Shown here piece by piece: positions 10,159 through 18,757 of a stretch of 64,000 bases of DNA. The position numbers and the translations under genes were made by a program. The number at the start of each line of letters is the position of its first letter. Position 1 is the first letter of the stretch. Under the pieces are notes generated by a model. It saw only the letters and a list, made by a program, of their open reading frames with translations, was not told the origin of the DNA and did no database searches. This stretch comes from Candidatus Parcubacteria bacterium (GTDB lineage Bacteria; Patescibacteriota; Minisyncoccia; Phycocordibacterales; Zambryskibacteraceae), in NCBI GenBank assembly GCA_019661865.1, contig JAIFWJ010000001.1:43290-107289 (forward strand). The letters are read 5' to 3'.

Positions 10159-10405
10159 AGATTCGGGTGAGGGCGATAGGTCAATAAGGGTGGTTTGCAC
10201 AGTACGAAGGCTCGGAAAGGCCCCTCGTTGTTAACTTTATTGCTTATCGTTACTCACCCAGCTTGTGGGGCCAGCCGTTCCGAATGATTGAATTAGTGCG
10301 ACCCGGAAATTCGCACTTATGAAATCTGAGGCGCGGCTGCGCCCGGCATTTATACCTACTAAGGTATTTCTGTAGGTATTTCCCGAGTTTTGGCTCGGGT
10401 TTTTT
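10159..10405 (+). ncRNA. Candidate structured noncoding RNA of about 250 nt, family unassigned
   Basis: Bounded by the consensus promoter and the intrinsic terminator. No ORF above 15 codons. Several perfect hairpins: gtgcga-cccggaaat-tcgcac, ggcgcggctgcgcc, tacctac...gtaggta, and a possible long-range helix gggtgag(10165-71)/ctcaccc(10253-59). Confidence 0.35.
10382..10405 (+). terminator. Intrinsic terminator
   Basis: cccgag-ttttgg-ctcggg followed by TTTTTT. Confidence 0.65.
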
Positions 10406-10544
10406 AATAATTTTTTAGTAAATTTTCCATAATACGGAGTCGAAAGAATAGGTTGACAGTTGCGTCTTTTATGATAGAAAGGGGCGAGATCCCCTTAAGT
10501 TCTTATACAGTGTTCTAGAGCGCGAGAGCGCAGGAGCGTGCAGA

Positions 10545-12245
10545 ATGCGGAAGTTGACCCTATTCCTAACTGCCTTAGGTCTCATAGTGAGCTGTAAAAA
10601 CAGCATCACTATTGATGACAAGGCGGTTGCGGGAGGAGGTGGAGGTGGGGGCGGAGGAACAGGACCGTGTTCTCTGAACTCCACAGTCACAGTCTCTCCA
10701 AAGTCGAACACACTCGTTGTGGGTTCGACCATGCAGGGCACGGCTACGTGGAACTGTGATGGAAAGGTCGAGTGGTACTCAACAGACGGATCGCGAGTAG
10801 ATGTGATTCATTTCGACACAACTTATGTGAACTCTCAGTTCCCATGGGGTGTCGGAACATTCAAGGCCGGCTTTATCAAGGCCTTGGCACCAGGACAAGC
10901 AGATGTCTGTGCGAAGCTGGTACTCTTCCCGAGTGTCCACGACTGCATGCACATCACAGTTACTGGCACTTCTACGACAGTCACAGTCTCAAGTGTGAAT
11001 GTTACTCCGCAAGGAGCGACAATCTCACTCTCGCTATCAAGCGGGACATGCTCGGCGACTCAGCTGTTCTCTGGACAAGTTCTAGGTTCGGACGGTCTTC
11101 CGTACTCGAACCAGGGCTTAACCTGGACCACTTCCGGAGGAGGGATCTCCTCCTCCGGTTTGTTTACAGCTTCGGCTCCAGGTACTTACACAGTTACGGG
11201 AGCATCCGTCGCAGATCCAAATGTGAAGGGCACTGCACAGATCACTGTGTCGGGCTCGTGTCAGCAGACCGGTCCAACGATTAACCCTGTTGGTCCTATC
11301 ACACTTGGTTCCGGTACAGGATGTACGAACAACACTGGAAGTGCATCGATCACGAACGGTGTAGCAGTAACGTGGACGAATTCCAATCCGTCCGTCGTCA
11401 CCGTCACCAGTTCGACTTCGACCACGGTGAACTTCGTATCCGTCTCTGGCACGTCTGGCTCTACCACTATCACAGGTACGGCAGCAAATGGATTGTCAGT
11501 GTCACTCCTGGTGAATGTCTCGAACGCGTCTTGTAACACTGGCGTCATAGCCTTTGGCACTCCGCGTCCAGCAGACACGACCATCATGGCGAACACTCGT
11601 TACCACTTGTATGTACCCTACACGGTGCCTGCAGGTGTGCGTAATGATGTGTTAGTGCGGACAAGCAACTGTCTGGCATATGTCGGTGCTCCGGTTATCA
11701 CCTCGACTGGTACGAACACGTATCAGATTGATCTGACTGTCCAGGGTATCGCCACGTGCCAAGGTGGAGTCATTATTCTCAAGTCTGCAGCAGATACCAC
11801 CATTTCTGTCACAGCGCATGCGAATGTGGTCTCCGCACCAGGACCGACGATCGTCTGTTCTCCGGCATCTGCAAGTGGAGTAGTAGGGACGGGTGGCAGA
11901 GTAATCTGCACCATCTCAGGCTCCACTGACACACGAGTATGGTACTACTCGACGGATCCCTCGCGTGTATCGGTGGTTCAGAAGGATACGACCTTCGCCG
12001 CCGCTACGAACCCGTGGACTGCGGGCTCCCACTTCGGTGGAGAGTATCGCTACATCTGGACAGGTAGTGCAGATGAGTGTGGGTACTCGCCGTCGAACCC
12101 TTCAATCATCGCATGCATTACGCATACGGTGACGGCGGCTTCCGGTAATCTCATAGCCTCGAGCACATTCGAGATTAGAGATCATCCGGTAACGGTTGAA
12201 CTCAACCGCTTGTACACGGCCGTGAGATCTAGGTCTCTGAAATAG
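10545..12245 (+). CDS. Surface lipoprotein with a Gly9 linker and repeated bacterial Ig-like (Big_2-type) domains
   Basis: Signal peptide with lipobox (LIVSC), a GGGGGGGGG tract, then Ser/Thr-rich beta-type repeats (…TVTVSP…, …VTVTGTS…). Confidence 0.65.
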   Translation: MRKLTLFLTALGLIVSCKNSITIDDKAVAGGGGGGGGGTGPCSLNSTVTVSPKSNTLVVGSTMQGTATWNCDGKVEWYSTDGSRVDVIHFDTTYVNSQFPWGVGTFKAGFIKALAPGQADVCAKLVLFPSVHDCMHITVTGTSTTVTVSSVNVTPQGATISLSLSSGTCSATQLFSGQVLGSDGLPYSNQGLTWTTSGGGISSSGLFTASAPGTYTVTGASVADPNVKGTAQITVSGSCQQTGPTINPVGPITLGSGTGCTNNTGSASITNGVAVTWTNSNPSVVTVTSSTSTTVNFVSVSGTSGSTTITGTAANGLSVSLLVNVSNASCNTGVIAFGTPRPADTTIMANTRYHLYVPYTVPAGVRNDVLVRTSNCLAYVGAPVITSTGTNTYQIDLTVQGIATCQGGVIILKSAADTTISVTAHANVVSAPGPTIVCSPASASGVVGTGGRVICTISGSTDTRVWYYSTDPSRVSVVQKDTTFAAATNPWTAGSHFGGEYRYIWTGSADECGYSPSNPSIIACITHTVTAASGNLIASSTFEIRDHPVTVELNRLYTAVRSRSLK

Positions 12246-12271
12246 TTTCTGTAAATAGTTATTGGGTATAT

Positions 12272-12303
12272 GGCCTGTCCTCCTTCGGAGGCGGGCTTTT
12301 TGT
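12272..12303 (+). terminator. Intrinsic terminator
   Basis: gcctgtcctcc-ttcg-ggaggcgggc followed by TTTTT. Confidence 0.5.
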
Positions 12304-12315
12304 TATACTCATGCA

Positions 12316-13362
12316 ATGAAGAAAAAGGAGGAGAGTGGGGTCTTGTACCGCAAGTATAGACCACAAGGATGGAAGGATGTAGTGGGTCAAGACCATATTG
12401 TCTCGGTTTTAGAGAATCAAATAAAGCTTGGGAATCTTGCCCATGCGTATCTCTTTTCCGGGTCGCGAGGTACAGGTAAGACCTCTGTGGCGAGAATATT
12501 CGCTAGGGAAGTAGGAACAACCCCAGAAGATCTTTATGAGCTTGATGCGGCATCGAACAGAGGCATAGATGATGTGCGCGAGATCCGTGAAGCCGTAAAC
12601 ACGTTGCCGTTTGTCTCAAAGTACAAGGTTTATATATTCGACGAAGTACACATGCTGACGCGTGATGCTTGGAATGCATTTTTAAAAACTCTTGAGGAGC
12701 CGCCGAAGCATGTCATATTTATCTTAGCTACTACGGAGCTTGAGAAAGTTCCAGAGACTGTGATCTCAAGGTGCCAGACATTCGTATTTAGAAAACCCAA
12801 TCAGAAAATCCTCCGCGAGTTTGGAGAAGGAGTAGCTAAGAAAGAAGGGGTGAAGCTCCTGCCCGAGGCGGCAGAGCTCATAGCACTTCTCGGCGACGGA
12901 TCCTTCCGCGACTCTCACGGCATACTGGAGAAGATTCTTTCATCCACTAATGAGAAGGAAATTACTCGTGAGGAAGTAGAGAATGTTACAGGCGCACCTC
13001 GGGCCGAACTTGTGAGAAATGTTTTAGAAGCCATAGTGAAAAATAATTTGGAAAAAGGTCTTAATGCTGTGGCTCTAGCTCGAGAGGGAAATGTGGACAT
13101 GAAAGTTTTCTCCAAGATGATACTTGAGAGAATGCGCTTCCTATTTCTCCTCAGACTTAAGGCAGGCCTCGAGAATCACATCCTGGCTGAGACTTCTGAA
13201 GATGATTTCGAATTTCTAAAGAAACTTGCAGGAGAGGCCAATGGAAGTTTAACTTCAGAAACCTTGGTGCGTTTTATAGAAGCGTTTGAAAATTCTGGTC
13301 GATCTACACTTCCAGAACTCTCACTCGAGTTGGCTCTAACCGACTCGATAAAGACTGTTTGA
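12316..13362 (+). CDS. dnaX: DNA polymerase III subunit gamma/tau (short form)
   Basis: YRPQ...VVGQ...GSRGTGKTS Walker A, DEVHML Walker B and the SRC sensor; the start is taken at MKKKEESG. Confidence 0.9.
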   Translation: MKKKEESGVLYRKYRPQGWKDVVGQDHIVSVLENQIKLGNLAHAYLFSGSRGTGKTSVARIFAREVGTTPEDLYELDAASNRGIDDVREIREAVNTLPFVSKYKVYIFDEVHMLTRDAWNAFLKTLEEPPKHVIFILATTELEKVPETVISRCQTFVFRKPNQKILREFGEGVAKKEGVKLLPEAAELIALLGDGSFRDSHGILEKILSSTNEKEITREEVENVTGAPRAELVRNVLEAIVKNNLEKGLNAVALAREGNVDMKVFSKMILERMRFLFLLRLKAGLENHILAETSEDDFEFLKKLAGEANGSLTSETLVRFIEAFENSGRSTLPELSLELALTDSIKTV

Positions 13363-13385
13363 ATTCTACATGTATAGAATGTATA

Positions 13386-13409
13386 GAAAAACGACCCATA
13401 TATGGGTCG
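13386..13409 (-). terminator. Intrinsic terminator for the minus-strand gene
   Basis: cgaccca-tata-tgggtcg palindrome with a T-run on the minus strand. Confidence 0.4.
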
Positions 13410-13412
13410 TGA

Positions 13413-14336
13413 TTAGAGTTCTCTAATGATGCTCTGCACTCTCCAAGGTCGTAGAAAGGCCACTGAGCCGAGGAAGATTGAGTCTACTCTCGATATCACC
13501 TGATGCGCTTCTTCCTTCGAGAGAATACCGCCTCCGGCGTTAATAGGCTTTACTATTCCAGCTCTAGTTGCTCGCGTGAGCCAATCCAGAAGTATGGGGA
13601 GTAAGGGCCTTCCAGATAAACCGCCTCCGCCGAGACTCTGAAGTGGAGACTCTTCACTTCCGAAGAGTTCTTTCCAGTTTATAAGCCTAGGTAGCTGGCC
13701 CCAAGGGATGGTGTTCGAGACGCATAGCGCGTCGCAAGCTGGATGCTCACTCACATTAGCCGCAATCTCGACCGGAAGAACGACGTTGAACTTGGGCATG
13801 AGAGGAATATCAAGAGTTGCTGCAATCTCCAATCCACTCATCACTTCCTCTGTAAGCTCTTCGACATGCAGGCCGACATTTGGGCATGAGTAGTTGATCT
13901 GAAGACCAACATTTCCAGCGAACCCTGGCAGATAGTCTGAAAACATTCTTACAAACTGTCGGAGCTCTGTCTTCCGTTCTGATGCAGAACTGGCTACTGA
14001 CATAAACGAGATGAAAAACGAGTCGGTGCGAGCTTGCCACCGACCAGTCTCGAAAAGAGCTCGTGCACCAGGACCAGATAGGCCAACGGCGTTTAGTGCT
14101 ACACCCTTCCAGGGCTTCACTACGATGCACTTGGGCAGCCGTTCGCGAGGAGTGAAGTCGCTCCGAAGCGGCATGTTGCCCGGGCGAGGGAGGAGAGTGG
14201 TCGTTTTAGCTACAAATGTAGCTCCCTGGAAATCTGGACCGAAGGGCAGGTGGTGGAACCAGTATCCTTCTCCGAAAAAGCCCTGTACTCCGCTTGCTCC
14301 AAGGACACGTCCATACTCTACGTCACGAAGTCGCAT
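13413..14336 (-). CDS. pyrD: Dihydroorotate dehydrogenase class 1-like flavoprotein; compositionally GC-rich
   Basis: KTTTLLPRPGNMPLR, NAVGLSGPG, NYSCPNV (catalytic Cys context) and an AGGGILSKEEA FMN-binding tail. Confidence 0.6.
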   Translation of the reverse strand: MRLRDVEYGRVLGASGVQGFFGEGYWFHHLPFGPDFQGATFVAKTTTLLPRPGNMPLRSDFTPRERLPKCIVVKPWKGVALNAVGLSGPGARALFETGRWQARTDSFFISFMSVASSASERKTELRQFVRMFSDYLPGFAGNVGLQINYSCPNVGLHVEELTEEVMSGLEIAATLDIPLMPKFNVVLPVEIAANVSEHPACDALCVSNTIPWGQLPRLINWKELFGSEESPLQSLGGGGLSGRPLLPILLDWLTRATRAGIVKPINAGGGILSKEEAHQVISRVDSIFLGSVAFLRPWRVQSIIREL

Positions 14337-14417
14337 GGAAAACCTCTGTCTGTATGAGGGTCTGGATAGAGAATACTCACAAACTAGTTAAACGCAACTA
14401 GCGGGTATACTGTATAC

Positions 14418-14912
14418 ATGCATACCGGTGTCCCATACTTCGAAGATGAAGATTCCAAGCAGAAGCCGGGCGTGAGGGTAGTAGAGAGAAATAACATAAA
14501 TGCCATTGTCTATAATAAAGAGACAGATGAAGTGCTGTGCCTCGACTGGCAGAAGTTCGGCTGGAAAACATTTATCATAGGTGGAGTAGAAGGAGACGAA
14601 GATCCGGTAGAAGCTGCTAAGCGAGAAATACTAGAAGAGACAGGATATAAGAATTTGAAACTTATCTCTCACTTGGGTAAGACCCGCTCTGGTTATTATG
14701 CAGCTCATAAAGGAGAGAACAGAATATCGAACGCCACGGGGCTTCTTTTTGAATTAGAAAACGATGAAAGGGAAGTAGTGCCCGATGCAGAGAATCTCCC
14801 GCACATCTTCATCTGGCTTCCTCAGAGTAAAGTATCTTCTTTCATAACTCCAAGTTCTCAGAAATATTATTGGCAGAAGGCCCAAGAGTATTTAACGAGC
14901 CAGACTATCTGA
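14418..14912 (+). CDS. NUDIX hydrolase
   Basis: Nudix box GGVEGDEDPVEAAKREILEETGY. Confidence 0.8.
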   Translation: MHTGVPYFEDEDSKQKPGVRVVERNNINAIVYNKETDEVLCLDWQKFGWKTFIIGGVEGDEDPVEAAKREILEETGYKNLKLISHLGKTRSGYYAAHKGENRISNATGLLFELENDEREVVPDAENLPHIFIWLPQSKVSSFITPSSQKYYWQKAQEYLTSQTI

Positions 14913-14936
14913 ACTGGATAATGAGGCTTGGTCATC

Positions 14937-15317
14937 CTAAGAAGATAAGAATTGAGCCAGGATGCCCACAACCACACCGACACCTATGACGCCACCGACA
15001 ATGGTGATACGCCTGACAGTGTCTACTTTTCTTATGTGGAGAATATAAGCAAATATAAGAAGCATTAGGAAGTACAGTGCACTCATGAAGTACCAGTCGA
15101 AAATCTGGAGAAATGCGCGAGTGGTGGAGGAGATAGCGGGGTTACTCAGTATGTGTTCTTGGAGCCAGAAGTGTATGGCATCTGTGGGGTCAGGAGCAAG
15201 TTCTCCCAAGAATGCACCAAGTAAGAATATACCCACTGGAGTCTTAAGAAACTTTTCTTCGGATGAAAACCAACTCTGTACTCTTATCCTCACACCAAGA
15301 AAATTTCCTTTTATCAT
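14937..15317 (-). CDS. Small membrane protein
   Basis: The listed ORF 14937..15446 runs through tRNA-Gln, so it is trimmed to the internal Met (MIKGNF...); the C-terminal part is hydrophobic. Confidence 0.3.
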   Translation of the reverse strand: MIKGNFLGVRIRVQSWFSSEEKFLKTPVGIFLLGAFLGELAPDPTDAIHFWLQEHILSNPAISSTTRAFLQIFDWYFMSALYFLMLLIFAYILHIRKVDTVRRITIVGGVIGVGVVVGILAQFLSS

Positions 15318-15362
15318 ATTAATATTATTAATAATTGTATCACTCTCGAATGACGCACGAGT

Positions 15363-15436
15363 TGGCTGCCGGTCAGGGACTCGAACCCCAATACCCTCCT
15401 CCAAAGGGAGGTGTCCTACCATTAGACGAACCGGCA
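15363..15436 (-). tRNA. tRNA-Gln (anticodon TTG)
   Basis: Manual cloverleaf: acceptor TGCCGGT/ACCGGCA, D-arm GTCT..GGAC, anticodon stem CCTCC/GGAGG with loop CTTTGGA, T-arm TGGGG-TTCGAGT-CCCTG, discriminator G and an encoded CCA. Confidence 0.75.
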
Positions 15437-15530
15437 ATAAGTACAAATTAACAGAGTTTAGGCCTTTTTGAAAGATGAGACGAAACCGATGCAGAAGAAA
15501 TTTTCAACAAAAAAGCTGTCTTGTGACAGC

Positions 15531-15830
15531 TTACGAGGCGATGGGTTTACCCACTTCTTCACAGTAGAACTCCCAAGCTTCCTCAAGGAGGATGATGTCT
15601 TGGAAGGTGGGTCTATGCTCCTTTATGCCGGAGGAGTGTCCGTGATATTTCTTGAACTCTCTCACTACTTTAGTCATGGGGTTGGGGGTCTCGAGCCTTC
15701 TTAGGGACGAGTCGTTCTCCCAGAATCTCCTTACAGCTTCTCGATCAGTGACTTCGACATGGGCGTAAGTCTCCGCCATTTTTAAAATCATGCGGATGAA
15801 TCTCGATCTCAACGGACGGTCATTAGTCAT
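15531..15830 (-). CDS. Hypothetical protein
   Basis: 99-aa ORF with no recognised motif. Confidence 0.35.
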   Translation of the reverse strand: MTNDRPLRSRFIRMILKMAETYAHVEVTDREAVRRFWENDSSLRRLETPNPMTKVVREFKKYHGHSSGIKEHRPTFQDIILLEEAWEFYCEEVGKPIAS

Positions 15831-15935
15831 AACATCTCCTCTGGTCTAGGTTGAAACTACCAGAAATGAAAGCTTTTTGGAAGTCTGTGACAGATTCTAA
15901 TTAACTGCCAGTGAATTTTATTATATAATTACAAT

Positions 15936-16193
15936 ATGAATTTCAATTCAAAAAAGACTTCATTATTAATCTTGGGTATAACAGCTATCGTGTGCACTAG
16001 GACAATGTTCTCGTTTTTCAACGACCCTGAGGGTCCGAACTTACTCATAGTTATGGTAGGAGCATTAGTCGTTTATGCCTTGTCTCTGTTGGTATACAAG
16101 TTCAGCTCTTCACTTACTGGTACCAAAAAACTTCTGCTAACGATTTTTACTCAGATAATAATAGTCTCTGGCTTCTACTTCTATTTGAGTTAA
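15936..16193 (+). CDS. Small membrane protein (2-3 TM)
   Basis: 85 aa, hydrophobic segments. Confidence 0.4.
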   Translation: MNFNSKKTSLLILGITAIVCTRTMFSFFNDPEGPNLLIVMVGALVVYALSLLVYKFSSSLTGTKKLLLTIFTQIIIVSGFYFYLS

Positions 16194-16228
16194 GAATTCG
16201 ATCTGTTCTCTTTTGCTATGATATAAAG

Positions 16229-16825
16229 ATGAGAAAAATAATTACGGCTACGTTTGTCACGCTTGATGGTGTCATGCAGGCACCAGGAGGTCCGGAGGAG
16301 GACAAGACGGGCGGGTTCACACATGGCGGCTGGCAAATGTCATATCCCACGGACGATATAACGAATTCTATTATCAGTGGATTCTTTAATATTCCGTTTG
16401 AACTACTTCTGGGGAGAGTTACTTATGATATCTTTGCCTCATTCTGGCCAACCGCGAAGACTGATCTAGAGGTGGCCGAACCTTTTAATAAGACAAGGAA
16501 GTATGTTGTGTCTCATAAATCATTCAAGCCATCTTGGAATAATTCTGTTTGTGTTACTGGTAATATTGCGACAGAGATTAAGAAACTCAAAGAAGAGGAT
16601 GGTCCAGATTTATGGGTATGGGGTAGTGGGAACCTCATTCAGACATTACTCAAAGAACATTTGATCGATCGGATGCATCTACTGATATACCCTATTACGA
16701 TAGGCCAAGGTAAGAAGCTTTTTGCGGAAGGAACTCAAGCACAGAACTTCAAACTTGTTGATTCCAAAATCTCAACAACTGGTGTCATCTTTGCCACATA
16801 CGAACCTGCTGGGCCCCTCAAGTAG
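16229..16825 (+). CDS. RibD C-terminal domain / dihydrofolate reductase-like protein
   Basis: MRKIITATFVTLDGVMQAPGGPEED...WVWGSGNL pattern of the RibD_C/DHFR-like family. Confidence 0.75.
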   Translation: MRKIITATFVTLDGVMQAPGGPEEDKTGGFTHGGWQMSYPTDDITNSIISGFFNIPFELLLGRVTYDIFASFWPTAKTDLEVAEPFNKTRKYVVSHKSFKPSWNNSVCVTGNIATEIKKLKEEDGPDLWVWGSGNLIQTLLKEHLIDRMHLLIYPITIGQGKKLFAEGTQAQNFKLVDSKISTTGVIFATYEPAGPLK

Positions 16826-16873
16826 TCGAGAGTTTTGCTATCATAAACGCATTACCAGCTCGTCTATACAGAC

Positions 16874-17107
16874 ATGTCACAAGAAGAATTCAAAATTAAT
16901 GGGGAGGAAGTTCTACACAAGGTGAAGGAGCTTATAAGAGAAGGTAATGCCAGGAAGATTACCATAAAGAACGAGAAGGGGGATACAGTCTTAGACATCC
17001 CACTCACCGTGGGTGCCATAGGAGCGCTTCTGGCTCCAATGCTAGCGGCAGTGGGGGCAGCGGCAGCACTGCTTACGAAGTGCACTATCATAGTGGAGAA
17101 GAAATAG
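16874..17107 (+). CDS. DUF4342-like small protein
   Basis: KELIREGNARKITIKNEKGDTVLDIPLTVGAIGALLAPMLAAVGAAAAL matches the DUF4342 pattern. Confidence 0.55.
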   Translation: MSQEEFKINGEEVLHKVKELIREGNARKITIKNEKGDTVLDIPLTVGAIGALLAPMLAAVGAAAALLTKCTIIVEKK

Positions 17108-17152
17108 ATTCTCCTCTATACTTTATACATATAACAGATAATCAGATAAAAG

Positions 17153-17485
17153 ATGGCAAAAGCAAAAAAGAAAACAGTGAAGAAGTCAGCTAAAAAGTCG
17201 GTAAGAAAATCAGCCAAAAAATCCAGTGGGAAAAGGAAAGCAGGTGGAGCATTCATGAAGCCAATGAAGATTGATCTAGTCTTGGGTGCTGTAGTAGGTA
17301 AGGGTCCCATGCCCCGCACAGAGGTGACCAAGAAGCTTTGGGGTTATATAAGGAAGCATGGCCTTCAAGACAAGAAGAATAGAAGAAACATTAACTCTGA
17401 CGAGAAGCTTAAAGCAGTCTTTAGGGGTAAGAGGCAGGTGAGTATGTTCGAGATGACCAAGCTCGTCTCCAAGCACCTCTCGTAA
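17153..17485 (+). CDS. SWIB/MDM2-domain protein with a lysine-rich histone-H1-like N-terminal tail
   Basis: KKSAKKSVRKSAKKS repeats, then PRTEVTKKLWGYIRKHGLQDKKNRRNINSDEKLKAVF...SMFEMTKLVSKHL, which is the SWIB consensus. Confidence 0.75.
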   Translation: MAKAKKKTVKKSAKKSVRKSAKKSSGKRKAGGAFMKPMKIDLVLGAVVGKGPMPRTEVTKKLWGYIRKHGLQDKKNRRNINSDEKLKAVFRGKRQVSMFEMTKLVSKHLS

Positions 17486-17525
17486 ATCATAGATAATTTT
17501 ACCAGACTAATACGTCTAAACGTTT

Positions 17526-18056
17526 ATGTATAAACCAGGACTAGGTATTCTTATTGCAATTATAATTATTGCCGGACTTTATGCTGCCACTAGAAAGTCT
17601 ATACCCGTATCTATACCAGATACAGGTGGAATGAGTACTAGTACTAATTCTGGTAGTAGTTCTGGCACAATGCCAGTCGGCCAGAGTCCTACAGATCTAG
17701 GTACTAAATACATCCAAGGACAAGACTGGCCACCCATGCTCCAGGTGGTAAGTGGTCCCTTCTCTTGTACTCCGGCGGGTTCTGTCACAGCTACTGCTGG
17801 ACAAACGGTCAAGAGACAGATAAACGGCCACACATATTGTGTCACTTTGGAGAGGCAAGGGGCAGCAGGAAGTACTTATGACCAGTACGCCTATGCATAC
17901 GAGAAATCTGGCAAGGTAGACATCTTAACTTTCACACTTCGTTTACCACAATGTCTGAACTATGAAGACCCACAGAAAACTGAGTGTACTAACGAGAGAA
18001 ACTCATTCAACATAGATCAGATCATTGACCGCATCGCTTTCCCCGAGACTCATTAA
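17526..18056 (+). CDS. Secreted or membrane-anchored hypothetical protein
   Basis: N-terminal TM/signal, a Ser/Thr-rich linker and a Cys-containing domain. Confidence 0.45.
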   Translation: MYKPGLGILIAIIIIAGLYAATRKSIPVSIPDTGGMSTSTNSGSSSGTMPVGQSPTDLGTKYIQGQDWPPMLQVVSGPFSCTPAGSVTATAGQTVKRQINGHTYCVTLERQGAAGSTYDQYAYAYEKSGKVDILTFTLRLPQCLNYEDPQKTECTNERNSFNIDQIIDRIAFPETH

Positions 18057-18071
18057 TAAAATTAAAAAACT

Positions 18072-18692
18072 ATGACCTACGACCAGACTCCAAAAGAGGA
18101 AGAGATTGAAGCCACTGTCGCCGCTCTCAAGGAGCGCGGCTTCATGCCAGAAGTGCTTGAAAGCAGAGACAGTGCATTAAATAGAATTAAAGAATTAATT
18201 CCTAAGAGCGCATCTGTAATGAACGGAGCATCAGTAACACTACAAGAAATAGGATTTATAGATTACTTAAAGAGTGGAGAGCATGGATGGAAGAATTTAC
18301 ATGAAAACATATTGTCCGAGACAGACTCAGAGAAACAAGCCGAGCTACGCAAGCACTCGGTAGTTTCTGACTTTTACCTCGGAAGTGTCCATGCCCTCTC
18401 GAGGAGTGGGGAAATGGTCATAGCGTCGAATACTGGCAGTCAGCTTCCACACCTGGCCTTCACCTCGCAGAATTTGATACTAGTGGTTGGTTTCCAGAAG
18501 ATAGCTAGAGACTTGCCTAGTGCTCTGGAGCGCTTAGAGAAGTACGTGCTGCCGCTTGAGGACAAGAGACTACTCGCAAGTCCTTATAAGTCTCATACCA
18601 TGCATTCAAAAACTCTTATCCTACACCGAGAGAATCCGATGATGGGACGCAAGGTCCACGTTCTAATAATTAAAGAGAAACTAGGATTTTAA
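18072..18692 (+). CDS. LUD-domain (LutC/YkgG-like) protein
   Basis: LUD/DUF162-type sequence (…VVGFQKIARDLPSALERL…). Confidence 0.6.
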   Translation: MTYDQTPKEEEIEATVAALKERGFMPEVLESRDSALNRIKELIPKSASVMNGASVTLQEIGFIDYLKSGEHGWKNLHENILSETDSEKQAELRKHSVVSDFYLGSVHALSRSGEMVIASNTGSQLPHLAFTSQNLILVVGFQKIARDLPSALERLEKYVLPLEDKRLLASPYKSHTMHSKTLILHRENPMMGRKVHVLIIKEKLGF

Positions 18693-18757
18693 AGTAGAGT
18701 CAAGTAACGTGCGCCAGTTTTTAACGTCTCAGCATATATAAGCTAATAGTTAAAAAT

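Noticed and set aside
10160-10405. Assignment of the candidate ncRNA to RNase P RNA, tmRNA, SRP RNA or 6S RNA.
   Set aside because: I could not find the P4/CR-I..V motifs, a tRNA-like acceptor/T-arm with a tag reading frame, or the SRP domain-IV GGAA/AGCAG motifs by eye. The family is left unassigned pending a covariance-model search.
10628-10660. G-rich run as a possible repeat or CRISPR-like element.
   Set aside because: It is a single in-frame poly-glycine coding tract inside the lipoprotein gene, and no spaced direct repeats occur anywhere in the window.
12262-12315. The 18-codon N-terminal extension of dnaX in the listed ORF.
   Set aside because: It overlaps the upstream terminator hairpin. 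The canonical DnaX N-terminus (MKKK...YRKYRPQ) begins at the internal ATG at 12316.
15318-15446. N-terminal 43 codons of the listed ORF 14937..15446.
   Set aside because: They run straight through the tRNA-Gln gene (15363-15436) on the same strand, so the ORF was trimmed to an internal Met.
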